Shown: positions 37,881 to 47,777 of the stretch, one piece after another
How the letters are laid out: every line of letters begins with the position of its first letter
Numbering within the stretch: position 1 is the stretch's first letter
Origin: an uncultured Actinomycetes bacterium
GTDB taxonomy: Bacteria; Actinomycetota; UBA4738; HRBIN12
Length of the DNA: 64,000 nucleotides
Reading direction: 5' to 3'
NCBI GenBank assembly: GCA_963704725.1
Contig: OY969934.1
Span: 1,632,001-1,696,000 of the forward strand
The notes under the pieces: model-generated
The model's input: only the letters and a program-made list of their open reading frames with translations
The model's database searches: none
Told to the model about the DNA's origin: nothing
Program-made: the position numbers and the translations under genes

Positions 37881-39455
37881 CTAGCGGGCTGCGGCGGCGC
37901 CGTCGGCGCGCGGGTCGGTGCCGGCTTCGAGCGTTCCGTCGTCGTGGACCAGGAGCAGGTGCGCGTGGCCCACCGCCCCGTCGACGTCTCCCACGGTCTC
38001 GATGGTGTAGCCCGTAGTCTCCAGCACCGCGCGCGTGGCGGCGGGGACCGCCCCCTCGGCCACGAGCGCACGGTCTCGAGATCCCAAGGCCATCCCCCCG
38101 ACGAGCCACCTGGGCGCGGCGACCGCCGACGCCGCGTCCATGCCGAGACGAAGGGCGCGGATGAGCGTCATGGCGTCGATCTGCGGTTGTCCGCCACCGC
38201 CCATCGTCCCCGCCAACGCGACGAGCCGACCCTCGCGCCCCACGACCACCGGCAGCAGCGTGTGGGAGGGGCGCTTGCCGCCGGCGAGTGTGTTCGGATG
38301 GTCGGGGTCGAGCACGAAGGCGCTCCCGCGGCTGTGGAGCACGATCCCCGTCGACGGCTCCAGGATGCCCGAGCCGAACCCGTCGTACAGGCTCTGGACC
38401 AGGGCGACGCCGAGCCCCGAGGCGTCCGCGGCCACCAGGGCGATCGTGTCGCCGGCTCGCCGTGGGTCCGGGCCGGTGCCCTCGAGGATCTGGTCCAGGA
38501 GCTCGGACAGGTGGGCCTCGTCCAGCAGCATGCCGGCGGGGACGCGGGCATGACGGGGGTCGGCGTTGTACCGGTCCCGGTCCGCCGAGGTCACGCGGAA
38601 GATCTCGGCGAGCACTCCGGCGTCGGGTCCGAGCGGGTCCTGGTCGATGCCGAGCCGCTCGATCAGGGCGAGCGCCTGGAGCAGAACGAAACCCTGTGAG
38701 TTCGGTGGCGGCACGCTGACGTCGAGGTCTCCGTAGCGGCGGGTGAGCGGGGCGTCCAGATCGGGCTCGAACGCGGACAGATCCTCGAGCGCCATCGACG
38801 ATCCCAGCGATCGGAGGTGATCCGCGACCGCGATGCCGATCACGCCCCTGTACATCCGCGAGGGTCCGGCGGCCGCGATGGTCTCCAGCGTGTGCGCGAG
38901 CGCCGGCTGCACGAGCGGATCGCCCTCGCGGAGCGGCCCGTTCGATCCGCCGAACACGCCGGCCATCCCGGGATCGGCGAGCAGGCGCGCAGTGTCCGCG
39001 GCGAGCGAACCCGCGAGACCCCGCGACACGGGGACGCCGACACGGGCGAGCGCGACGGCTCGCTCGAACGCCGGAGCGAACCCTCGCTCCGACCAGCGGA
39101 GTGCGAGCTGCCACCAGCCCGCTACCGCCCCCGGCACGGTGACGGTGAGCGGCCCGTGCTCGGGCATCTCGGCGTGCTCGCGCCGGACGGCCTCGACATC
39201 GACGAGCGCCGGCGTGGCGCCGCTCGCGTTGAGGACGACGATGCGTCCCTGCGGCTCGCGGACCAACGCGAAGAGATCCCCGCCGACCCCGCACATGTCG
39301 GGGGCGACGACGGCCAGCGTCGTGGCCGCGGCGAGCGCGGCGTCCACCGCGTTGCCGCCCGCCTCGAAGGCGTCCACTCCGGCGGCGGTCGCCTCGGTGT
39401 GCGGGGTCGCGATCGCGAACCGGCGCCCCCGAGCCCCGAGCTCGCGGTCGCTCAC
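37881..39455 (-). CDS. Gamma-glutamyltransferase family protein
   Basis: GGNAVDAA, MCGVGGD, TVPGAVAGW, PPNSQG, catalytic Thr in GDTIAL, GTMGG, DPRADG. Confidence 0.93.
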   Translation of the reverse strand: MSDRELGARGRRFAIATPHTEATAAGVDAFEAGGNAVDAALAAATTLAVVAPDMCGVGGDLFALVREPQGRIVVLNASGATPALVDVEAVRREHAEMPEHGPLTVTVPGAVAGWWQLALRWSERGFAPAFERAVALARVGVPVSRGLAGSLAADTARLLADPGMAGVFGGSNGPLREGDPLVQPALAHTLETIAAAGPSRMYRGVIGIAVADHLRSLGSSMALEDLSAFEPDLDAPLTRRYGDLDVSVPPPNSQGFVLLQALALIERLGIDQDPLGPDAGVLAEIFRVTSADRDRYNADPRHARVPAGMLLDEAHLSELLDQILEGTGPDPRRAGDTIALVAADASGLGVALVQSLYDGFGSGILEPSTGIVLHSRGSAFVLDPDHPNTLAGGKRPSHTLLPVVVGREGRLVALAGTMGGGGQPQIDAMTLIRALRLGMDAASAVAAPRWLVGGMALGSRDRALVAEGAVPAATRAVLETTGYTIETVGDVDGAVGHAHLLLVHDDGTLEAGTDPRADGAAAAR

Positions 39456-40267
39456 CTGCCGGTCTCCGAGGTGTTTGCGGCGGGCCGGTGGGCGGGGTGG
39501 TGCTGGCAGGTGGGGCACCAGTAGGTCGTCCGGGCGGCCTCGCCCTGCCGGCGAGAGGCGATCGTCGACCCGCAGCGAGGACAGGGTCGTCCGGCCTTGC
39601 CGTACACGCCGAGCCCGCCGGGAGACGTCGTCCGCGGGCCGCCGCCGAGGTTCCGGCGCAGGAGGTGGGACGCGGTGGCGTACAGGGATCGCAGGGTGTC
39701 GGCGTCGAGCTCTCCGAGGGGCGTGAACGGGTCGACCCGCTGGTCGAAGAGCGCCTCGCTCTTGTACACGTTGCCGATCCCGCTCGCGACGCGCTGGTTC
39801 AGGAGGGCGACGCCGATCTCCGCGTCGGCCGGTAGGCGCGCAAGGCGCCCGAGGACGTCGTCGAGATCCACGTCCGGCGAGCACAGGTCGGGGCCGAGAG
39901 CCGACAGCATCGGGTGCCGCACGAGTTCGGGCTCGCGAAGGAGCTCCACCACCGGAGCGTTGAAGCACACGGCGATCGTCCCCGGCACCTCGATCAGCGC
40001 GCGAACCTGGTGCGCGGGTCGGCGCCATCGCCCGCCGGCCGGGTACACGTGCCACGACCCCGACATCTGCATGTGGGTATGGAGAACGCGCCCGTCGTCG
40101 AACGAGATCAGCAGATGCTTGCCGCGGGCCTCGACGGCCCGGACGGCGGCGCCTGGGGGTAGCGCCTCGAACCGCAGGCGCGGGGCCTCGAACCGCCGAA
40201 CCGGCTTCCCCGCGAGGACACCTCGCAGCACGACGGCAGTTCGGAAGATGGTGTCACCCTCGGGCAC
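39452..40267 (-). CDS. nei: Fpg/Nei DNA glycosylase/AP lyase
   Basis: N-terminal PEG, RGKHLL, H2TH GIGNVYKSE, C-terminal CPRC..CPTC zinc finger. Confidence 0.95.
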   Translation of the reverse strand: MPEGDTIFRTAVVLRGVLAGKPVRRFEAPRLRFEALPPGAAVRAVEARGKHLLISFDDGRVLHTHMQMSGSWHVYPAGGRWRRPAHQVRALIEVPGTIAVCFNAPVVELLREPELVRHPMLSALGPDLCSPDVDLDDVLGRLARLPADAEIGVALLNQRVASGIGNVYKSEALFDQRVDPFTPLGELDADTLRSLYATASHLLRRNLGGGPRTTSPGGLGVYGKAGRPCPRCGSTIASRRQGEAARTTYWCPTCQHHPAHRPAANTSETGR

Positions 40268-40309
40268 CGGGTCAGGATAGAGCGACCCTTCGGTTCGGGA
40301 CGGCGCCCG

Positions 40310-43300
40310 CTACCCGCGGAGCACGAGGCCGCGGTAGCCGTCGACGAACCCGGCCGTGCGCAGCGCCTGGGCGAAGCGCGAGGTGGATGCCGGCTCGCCG
40401 TCGATGCGGGTGAGCTCGATGCGGCGGATCCGGCCGTCCTTGACGAGCGAGGCGAGCGCGTCGGGCCAGTCGGCGTCCGCGTGTTCCGCGAACGTGACGA
40501 GCGTCCTCGCCCCGCGCTCCAGGTACACGGCCGGCACGCCGTCGACGAGCACCACGTACGCACCGGCGGCGCGGGCCGGTCGGCCCTCGGCCTCGGGCCA
40601 GGGGAGCGCGGCGCCGTACGGCTGCGCGGGATCCGCGGCGGCCAGTGCCATCACCCGTGTCTCCCGAGGCGGCTCGCGGAGCTCCCGGATCCGCTCGACC
40701 GCGCCCGGCACCGCGAACTGCGCCGCGCCGAGCCCGTCGACGAAGTAGCCGCGCCGCGCCTTGCCCGACTCCTCGAGCGCGCGGAGGACGCCGTACACGC
40801 CGGCGTAGCCACCCGGCGCGCCCTCGCCCAGCACCGCCTCCCGGGTCAGGATCCCGTGGCGCTCGAGCAGCTGGCTCGCTCGCGCGTGCGCCGTCTCGGT
40901 GGGTGAGGGCGCGGGCTCGAGCAGGGGGGCCACGAGGGACCACCGACCGGCGCCCGCCGGCGGCCCCGTCCGGCGGATCGCGCCCGGCCTCGGCCTGGCG
41001 GCGGGGCGCGAGGCCCTGGGCCGCCGTCCCAGGAACGCGCGGAGCGGCGCGAGCGTGTCGTTCGTGACCTCGCCGGTCCACACCAGGTCCCACAGCGCCG
41101 AGAGCACGGCCCGCTCGTCGGCCACGTTCGCGGCCTGGACGAGCTCCGGCCAGAAGGACGCCCCCCGGAGCTCGAGGTGCTCGCGGACGGCCCGGTGGAT
41201 GGGACCGGCGGGGCGCTCCTCGGGCCGAGGCGGCGCGACGAGCCCGAGCCGGTCGCGGAAGGCGATCGCGATGCGGCCGTCGTCCGCGCCGACGCCGCCC
41301 GCGCCCATCCACACCACGTCGCCGCTCGCGCACAGCGCGTCGAGGTCCGCCGGGCGGTAGCCCTGAACGCGACCGGGGAGCACGTCGCTCTCCAGGATCG
41401 AGGCGTGGATCGCGGCGCCCTGGAGCTGCTCGATCGTCTCGACGAGGGCCGTCGTCCCGCTCCGGGGGCGGGTGAGCCCTTGCCACTCGGGGAGGAACCG
41501 GCCGAGCGTGGCCGCGTCCACCGGCTCGACCTCCCGCCGCAGGGCCGCCAGCGACCGGCGGCGGATCGAGCGCAGGACGTCGACGTCGCACCACTCGCGC
41601 TCGATCCCGCCCGGCCGGAACTCGCCGAGCACGATCCGCCCCGCGGCCTCGAGCGAACCGAGGGCGCCCGAGACCCGCTCGGAGCTCGCGCCGAGCCGCT
41701 CCGCGACGTCGCGGGCCAGGAACGGGCCGTGCGTCCGGGCGTAGCGCGCCACGAGACCCTCGAGCGGCGCCGCCACCGGCTCGGCGAAGACCGCCGGCAC
41801 GCCGACCGGCAAAGGGGCGCCGAGCGCGTCCCGGTAGCGGGCGGCGTCCTCGACCGCGACGAGGCGTTCCTCGCCGGCGACGTGCAGCCGGAGGGCGCGC
41901 CCCTCGCGTTCGAGGTCCTCGATCCACGCCGCCGGGTCCGTCGTGGCCCGCGCGCGGATCTCGGCGGCCGCCAGGTCGCCCAGCCGGCGGAGGAGGTCGT
42001 GGACGTCGTCGGCGTTCCGGGCCCGCCGGCCCTCGGCGAGGTGCTGGAGCTCCAGCTCGAGCTCGGCGAGCGCGGCGGCGTCGATGAGCTCGCGCAGGTC
42101 CTCGGCCCCGAGGAGCTCGCGCAGCAGGTCGCGGTCGAGCGCCAGGGCCGCCGCCTTCCGCTCCCCGAGCGGCGCGTCCTCCTCGTACATGTAGACGGCG
42201 ATCCACCGGAACAGCAGCGACTGCGCGAACGGCGACGACCGCTCGGTGTCGACGGGCACGACGCGGATCCGCCGGGCCCGGATGTCCCCGAGCACCTCCT
42301 TGAGGGCCGGCACGTCGAACACGTCGCGCAGGCACTCGCGCGTCGCCTCGAGCAGGATCGGGAACGTAGGGTAGCGCGCGGCGACCTGAAGGAGGTCGGC
42401 GCCCCGCTGGCGCTGCTGCCACAGCGGCGTCCTTCGGCCGGGCGTCCGGCGGGGGAGCAGGAGCGCCCTCGCGGCCGCCTCGCGGAACAGCGTGGTGAAC
42501 AGCGCCGAGCCCGGCAGCTCGCGCACGATGAGCTCCTCGACGTCCTCCGGCTCGAACAGGAGGTCCTCGACGGGGATCCGCTCCTCGGACTCGGGGAGCC
42601 GGATCACGATGCCGTCGTCGCTCCACAGCACCTGCACGTCGGCGTCGAAGCGCTCCGACAGGCTCGACCGGATGGCCATCCCCCACGGGGCGTGGACTCG
42701 CGCGCCGAAGGGCGACAGGACGCAGATGCGGAAGTCGCCGATCTCGTCGCGAAAGCGCTCGACCGTGATCGTCCGGTCGTCGGGGATCGCGCCGGCCGCC
42801 TCGCGCTGGTCCTCCAGGTAGGCGACGAGGTTCTCCGAGGCGAGCCGGTCGAGGCCGAACTCCTCGCGCAGACGGTCCATCGCGCGCTCGTGGGGCGCGG
42901 CCGCGAGCTCGCGGGTGACGGCGCCGATGGCGCGGCCGAGCTCGAGCGGGCGCCCCGGCTTGTCGCCCTTCCAGAACGGCATCTTCCCCGTCTCGCCCGG
43001 CGCCGCCGAGACGATCACGCGGTCGAAGGTGATGTCCTCGATCCGCCAGGCGCTCGCGCCGAGCAGGAACACCTCGCCCCGCCGGCTCTCGTACACCATC
43101 TCCTCGTCGAGCTCGCCCACCCGCCGCTGGTCCTGAGTGAAGACGCCGAACAGCCCCCGGTCCGGGATCGTGCCCCCGCTCGCGATGGCCAGGCGCCCGG
43201 CGCCCTCCCGCGCCCGCACGACGTCCGTGCGCCGGTCCCACACGATGCGGGGCCGGAGCTCGGCGAACTCGTCCGACGGGTACCGCCCGGCAAGCAGGTC

Positions 43301-44698
43301 GAGCACGTTGCGCAGCAGGTCGTCCGAGAGCTCGGCGAAGTTGGCGGCCCGCCGGAGCACCCGCCCCAGCTCGTCGACCGTCCACTCGTCGACGGCGCAC
43401 ATGGCCACGATCTGCTGGGCGAGCACGTCGAGCGGGTTGCGTGGGTACCGCGTCTCCTCGATGAGCCCCTCGAGCATGCGCCGCACCACCACCGCCGACT
43501 CGAGGAGGTCGCCCCGGTACTTGGGGAACAGCTTGCCCCGCGACGGCTCGCCGACCGTGTGGCCGGCGCGGCCGATCCGCTGCAGCCCCCGGGCCACGGA
43601 CCCGGGCGACTCGACCTGTACGACGAGATCCACCGCGCCCATGTCGATGCCGAGCTCGAGCGAGCTGGTCGCGACGATCGCCTTCAGCGTCCCGCGCTTG
43701 AGCCGGTCCTCGATGTCCAGGCGCTGCTCTCGCGCGATCGAGCCGTGGTGGGCGGCGACGAGATCCTCGCCGGCGAGCTCGTTGAGACGGGCCGCCAGCC
43801 GCTCGGCCAGGCGGCGGGCGTTCACGAACACGATCGTCGAGCGGTGGGCCCGGATCAGCTCGAGCAGCCGGGGATGGATGGCCGGCCAGATGCTGGTGCG
43901 CTCCGGCGCGGCCGCGGCCGGACCGGCCGGCGGCTCCTCCGAGATGCGGCCGAGCTCGGACATGTCCTCGACCGGGACGACCACCTCGACCTCCATCGCC
44001 TTGCGATGGCCGGCGTCGACGATCGTGACGGGGCGGGGGCCGCTCTCGGTCTGGCCACCCAGGAACCGGGCGATCTCCTCGAGGGGCCGCTGGGTGGCGG
44101 ACAGCCCGATCCGCTGCGGCGGGCGCGGCGTGATCGACTCGAGCCGCTCGAGCGAGAGCGCGAGGTGCGCGCCGCGCTTGGTGGCGGCGAGCGCGTGGAT
44201 CTCGTCCACGATGACCCACCGAACGCTGCGCAGGATCTCACGGGTCCGGGACGTGAGCATCAGGTAGAGCGACTCCGGGGTCGTGATGAGTACGTCGGGC
44301 GGTCTCGTGGCGATGCGGCGCCGTTCGTTCGCGGCGGTGTCCCCGGTCCGGATGGCCACCGTCGGCGGATGGAAGTCGGTCCCCAGCCGTTCGGCGGCGA
44401 GGCCGATCCCCACAAGGGGCGCCCGCAGGTTCTTCTCGACGTCGACGGCCAACGCGCGCAGCGGCGAGACGTACAGCACGCGGCAGCGTTCGGCGGGCGC
44501 CGGGGGCGGCTCCGCCGTCAGCCGGTCGAGCGCCCACAGGAAGGCCGCGAGCGTCTTGCCCGAGCCCGTGGGCGCGAGGATCAGCGTGTGAGACCCCTCC
44601 GCGATCGCCGGCCACCCGCGCTCCTGAGCCGGCGTCGGTGCGGCGAACGTCGAGTCGAACCAGGCTCGGACCGGCGCGGAGAAGCGATCGAGGGTCAC
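40310..44698 (-). CDS. lhr: Lhr-family ATP-dependent helicase (full length)
   Basis: APTGSGKT, TTPESL, DEIH, SAT, HHGS, SSLELGID, QRIGRAGH; extended C-terminus with GYFVDGLGAAQFA and DPAQPYG. Confidence 0.95.
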   Translation of the reverse strand: MTLDRFSAPVRAWFDSTFAAPTPAQERGWPAIAEGSHTLILAPTGSGKTLAAFLWALDRLTAEPPPAPAERCRVLYVSPLRALAVDVEKNLRAPLVGIGLAAERLGTDFHPPTVAIRTGDTAANERRRIATRPPDVLITTPESLYLMLTSRTREILRSVRWVIVDEIHALAATKRGAHLALSLERLESITPRPPQRIGLSATQRPLEEIARFLGGQTESGPRPVTIVDAGHRKAMEVEVVVPVEDMSELGRISEEPPAGPAAAAPERTSIWPAIHPRLLELIRAHRSTIVFVNARRLAERLAARLNELAGEDLVAAHHGSIAREQRLDIEDRLKRGTLKAIVATSSLELGIDMGAVDLVVQVESPGSVARGLQRIGRAGHTVGEPSRGKLFPKYRGDLLESAVVVRRMLEGLIEETRYPRNPLDVLAQQIVAMCAVDEWTVDELGRVLRRAANFAELSDDLLRNVLDLLAGRYPSDEFAELRPRIVWDRRTDVVRAREGAGRLAIASGGTIPDRGLFGVFTQDQRRVGELDEEMVYESRRGEVFLLGASAWRIEDITFDRVIVSAAPGETGKMPFWKGDKPGRPLELGRAIGAVTRELAAAPHERAMDRLREEFGLDRLASENLVAYLEDQREAAGAIPDDRTITVERFRDEIGDFRICVLSPFGARVHAPWGMAIRSSLSERFDADVQVLWSDDGIVIRLPESEERIPVEDLLFEPEDVEELIVRELPGSALFTTLFREAAARALLLPRRTPGRRTPLWQQRQRGADLLQVAARYPTFPILLEATRECLRDVFDVPALKEVLGDIRARRIRVVPVDTERSSPFAQSLLFRWIAVYMYEEDAPLGERKAAALALDRDLLRELLGAEDLRELIDAAALAELELELQHLAEGRRARNADDVHDLLRRLGDLAAAEIRARATTDPAAWIEDLEREGRALRLHVAGEERLVAVEDAARYRDALGAPLPVGVPAVFAEPVAAPLEGLVARYARTHGPFLARDVAERLGASSERVSGALGSLEAAGRIVLGEFRPGGIEREWCDVDVLRSIRRRSLAALRREVEPVDAATLGRFLPEWQGLTRPRSGTTALVETIEQLQGAAIHASILESDVLPGRVQGYRPADLDALCASGDVVWMGAGGVGADDGRIAIAFRDRLGLVAPPRPEERPAGPIHRAVREHLELRGASFWPELVQAANVADERAVLSALWDLVWTGEVTNDTLAPLRAFLGRRPRASRPAARPRPGAIRRTGPPAGAGRWSLVAPLLEPAPSPTETAHARASQLLERHGILTREAVLGEGAPGGYAGVYGVLRALEESGKARRGYFVDGLGAAQFAVPGAVERIRELREPPRETRVMALAAADPAQPYGAALPWPEAEGRPARAAGAYVVLVDGVPAVYLERGARTLVTFAEHADADWPDALASLVKDGRIRRIELTRIDGEPASTSRFAQALRTAGFVDGYRGLVLRG

Positions 44699-44756
44699 CG
44701 CCCAACGGTACCGCGGGCCGCGGACACGCACGCCGGCACCATTAGGATGCCCGGCG

Positions 44757-45758
44757 ATGCCCCGTGCCCGCCGAGCGTTCGCGTCCGCCGTCGTCGGCGT
44801 CGCGCTGTGGTCCGCCGCCCCTGCCGTCGCCCAGGAATCACCCTCGCCGGAGCCCTCCGGCGAGCCGCGCGATCAGATCGTGCTGTCCGGCGACGTGATC
44901 GTGCATCGGGGCGAGGACGTGGGCGAGGTGGTCCTGCTGCACGGGACGGTGGCGGTGGCTGGGGTCGTGCACGGCGACGTGGTGGTGGTCGACGGGCGGA
45001 TCGAGGTGACCGGGCAGGTCAGCGGGAGCGTCGTGAGCCTCAACGGCCCGGTCACGGTGGGGCCGAACGCGCAGATCCTCGGCGACGTGATCGGGCGGGA
45101 CCGGATCCGGGTCGCCGAGGGCGCGAGCATCGGCGGGCGCGTCCGAGAGGGGACCGCCTTCACGTTCCGCACGCCGATCGACCTGTTCGGGCCGTTCGCC
45201 ACGTGGCTGGCGGTCGCGGTCTCGACACTGGTGCTCGGGGCCCTGCTCCTGTTGTTCGCGCCCCGCGGGGCCGACGCGGTGTCCGCGGCCGCGCTGGGCT
45301 CGCCGCTGCGGTCCGGGGGGGTCGGGCTCGCGGCGCTGATCGGGCTGCCCGTCCTCGCGGTGGGGGCCCTCGTCTCGATGGTCGGCCTCCCGCTTGGCCT
45401 GGGCCTGCTGCTCGCGCTGGCGTTCCTGTACTCGGTCGGATTCGCGTTCGCGGTCTTCGCCGTCGGTCGCGCGCTGTGGCGGCCGCCACGGACGCGATGG
45501 CTGGCCCTGCTGTTCGGATGGGCGATCGTGGCCGCGGTGTCGGCGATCCCCTTCGTCGGCGGGGTCGTCTGGTTCGTGGGTGCGGTCCTCGGTCTCGGGG
45601 CCACGACGGTGGCCGCGTGGCGGGCCCGGGGGACGGGCGGCCGGCACCGGCCCGGTGGGAAGATGCCCGCGGAGCGGGTCGTCGACGTGACGGAGGAGCC
45701 CACGCCCGAGCCGATGATCACCGAGCGGGCCATGGGGGAGGAGGGGGCCGGGATATGA
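44757..45758 (+). CDS. Exported beta-helix (bactofilin-like) domain plus multi-TM protein
   Basis: Signal peptide; V-x-G-D-V-x-x-x-x-G repeats; about four TM helices. Confidence 0.8.
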   Translation: MPRARRAFASAVVGVALWSAAPAVAQESPSPEPSGEPRDQIVLSGDVIVHRGEDVGEVVLLHGTVAVAGVVHGDVVVVDGRIEVTGQVSGSVVSLNGPVTVGPNAQILGDVIGRDRIRVAEGASIGGRVREGTAFTFRTPIDLFGPFATWLAVAVSTLVLGALLLLFAPRGADAVSAAALGSPLRSGGVGLAALIGLPVLAVGALVSMVGLPLGLGLLLALAFLYSVGFAFAVFAVGRALWRPPRTRWLALLFGWAIVAAVSAIPFVGGVVWFVGAVLGLGATTVAAWRARGTGGRHRPGGKMPAERVVDVTEEPTPEPMITERAMGEEGAGI

Positions 45759-46171
45759 GCGAGACCGACGTCGCGCGGCTGCGGGCGATCCCGCTGTTCG
45801 CCGATGCGGAGGACGAGCACCTGGCCCGGATCGCCTCGGTCGCCACCACCTTCGACGTCGGCGCCGGCTACGTGCTCGCCGAGAGGGGTCAGCCCGGCGC
45901 AGGGATGTTCGTGATCCTCGAGGGGACCGTCGAGGTCGACGTGCCGAACTCGAGCCCGGTGACCCTGGGGCCGGGGGAGTTCTTCGGGGAGATGTCCTTG
46001 CTCGCCGACGCCCCGCGGATCGCGCGCGTTCGGGCCACGACGCCGGTCCGAGGGCTCGCCATCGAGCGACGGGCGTTCCTCGACCTGCTCCGAGAGGAGC
46101 CGCGCATCGCGCTGGCGATGCTGCCCGTGCTCGCGGGGCGGCTCGCCCGGCACGAGACCGAGGGCGGCTGA
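45755..46171 (+). CDS. Stand-alone cyclic nucleotide-binding domain protein
   Basis: IPLFA, GQPGAGMFVILEG, GEFFGEMSLL...PRIARVRA; ATGA overlap with the upstream gene. Confidence 0.9.
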   Translation: MSETDVARLRAIPLFADAEDEHLARIASVATTFDVGAGYVLAERGQPGAGMFVILEGTVEVDVPNSSPVTLGPGEFFGEMSLLADAPRIARVRATTPVRGLAIERRAFLDLLREEPRIALAMLPVLAGRLARHETEGG

Positions 46172-46175
46172 CCGG

Positions 46176-46622
46176 CTACCGCCGCCGGCGGAGCGCGAAG
46201 AGCCCGACCAGCGCGCCGAACGCCGCCCCGAACGCGGCGGCCTGCGGAGTCGTCATGAACACGCGCGCGCCCTCGTCGATCGTGACCTTCGGAGCGAAGA
46301 CGGCCCCGACGATCCCGCCGCTGCCGACGTGCGCCTCGCCGGCGATCACGGACTGCGTGCCGCCGTTCGCGAGGGACACGTTGCCGCGCGCGATCACCGG
46401 GCCGCATCCGCCGTTCGTGATCGTCACGTCGCCCGAGCACATGACCGGCCCGCATCCGCCCCGCTCGATCGACACGTCGCCGCTCACCATCATGGGACCG
46501 GCGGCGGCCTGTTCCATCCGAACGTTGTGGGCCGACAGCGCTCCCACGAGGGACCGATGCATCGTGACGTCCCCCGCCGCCTCGAGCGTGCCGACCACCC
46601 GCTTGTCCTCCACGTGTTCCAT
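46176..46622 (-). CDS. Small beta-solenoid repeat protein with C-terminal membrane anchor
   Basis: 16-aa repeats GDVxIxxGGCGPV; GGAGGAGG RBS; TM plus RRRR tail. Confidence 0.7.
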   Translation of the reverse strand: MEHVEDKRVVGTLEAAGDVTMHRSLVGALSAHNVRMEQAAAGPMMVSGDVSIERGGCGPVMCSGDVTITNGGCGPVIARGNVSLANGGTQSVIAGEAHVGSGGIVGAVFAPKVTIDEGARVFMTTPQAAAFGAAFGALVGLFALRRRR

Positions 46623-46662
46623 CGAGGTCACCTCCTCCCCCCATGGTAGGTACGCTCGGCCG

Positions 46663-47364
46663 ATGAGCGCGAGCCGGCGGTTCCTGCTGCTCGGCTCGGG
46701 CGAGTTCGAGCCCTGGTCCGAGGAGGTGGAGCGGATCGCGCTCGAGGGCCGGGCCTCCCGGGTGGTCGTCTGCCCCACGGCGAGCGCCCCCGAGGGCGAG
46801 GCCGTGTTCGAGCGGTGGGCGCGGATGGGCCTCGAGCACTACGCGGCGATGGGCGTCGAGGCCGCCGTCGTCCCGCTTCGCTCGCGAGCCGACGCCGACC
46901 GCGACGACGTCGCCCGGTCGATCGACGGCGCTGGGATGGTGTTCTTCTCCGGCGGGAACCCGAGGTTCCTGGCCGACGCGATGCGGGGCACGAGGTTCTG
47001 GGCCGCGCTCGTCGACGCGATCGACGCGGGCGTCGTGTTCGCCGGCTGCAGCGCGGGAGCGATGGTGGCGAGTCGCCGCCCGGGCGCGACGCCGCGGCTC
47101 GGCACGACGTGGGCGAGCGGCCTTGGGCTCGTCCCCGAGGGCTCGTTCGGCGTGCACTGGAACCGGGCCAGGTTCATCCCCGGCATGCGCGGGTTCGTGA
47201 TGGGCCGGGCCCGGGGCGGCTGGTTCGTCGGGATCGACGAGCGCACGGCGATCCTCGGCGACGGCGAGGAGTGGCAGGTGTTCGGGCATGGCACGGCGTC
47301 CCTGCGGCTCGACGGCGTGACGAGCACGTTCCGGTTCGGCCAGCGGTTCTCGACCCCGGCCTGA
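46663..47364 (+). CDS. Peptidase S51 / cyanophycinase-like (class I GATase-like fold)
   Basis: PTASA, FFSGGNP, GCSAGAM nucleophile elbow, VHW, GIDERTA. Confidence 0.85.
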   Translation: MSASRRFLLLGSGEFEPWSEEVERIALEGRASRVVVCPTASAPEGEAVFERWARMGLEHYAAMGVEAAVVPLRSRADADRDDVARSIDGAGMVFFSGGNPRFLADAMRGTRFWAALVDAIDAGVVFAGCSAGAMVASRRPGATPRLGTTWASGLGLVPEGSFGVHWNRARFIPGMRGFVMGRARGGWFVGIDERTAILGDGEEWQVFGHGTASLRLDGVTSTFRFGQRFSTPA

Positions 47365-47404
47365 TGGCTCGCGCCAGGTCCCGCCTCACCTATCCTGTAG
47401 CGAC

Positions 47405-47704
47405 GTGAGCTCGACGCAGGATCTGGCCGTGCCGGAGGATCGGCCGACGTGCTACCTGTGCGGCCGCCCCACCTACGACCCCGACAAGCGCGAGCGGCCG
47501 TGGGTGCGGGCGACCTCGGGTGGCCGGCAGGTGCTCGTCTGTCCCCGGTGCCAGGAGGAACGCCCCGACTGGGCCGTCCAGCTCGATCGGTGCGAGTCCT
47601 GTGGCGCGACACGCCTGTCCGCCATGCTCGGCCAGGTTGTCTGCCGGGCCTGCGGCCACATCCGCGGCGAGCCGGTCGAGCTCTCGTGGCAATCGGGCGC
47701 TTAG
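47405..47704 (+). CDS. Small Cys-rich zinc-ribbon protein (four CxxC)
   Basis: CYLC, CPRC, CESC, CRAC; stop codon lies inside tRNA-Val. Confidence 0.75.
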   Translation: MSSTQDLAVPEDRPTCYLCGRPTYDPDKRERPWVRATSGGRQVLVCPRCQEERPDWAVQLDRCESCGATRLSAMLGQVVCRACGHIRGEPVELSWQSGA

Positions 47705-47768
47705 CTCAGTTGGTTAGAGCGCTTCCCTTACAAGGAAGAGGCCGGGGGTTCGAGTCCCTCAGCGCCCA
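47695..47768 (+). tRNA. tRNA-Val(TAC)
   Basis: GGGCGCT/AGCGCCC acceptor; CTTCC-CT-TAC-AA-GGAAG arm; GTTCGAG T-loop. Confidence 0.97.
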
Positions 47769-47777
47769 CGAAGGGCG

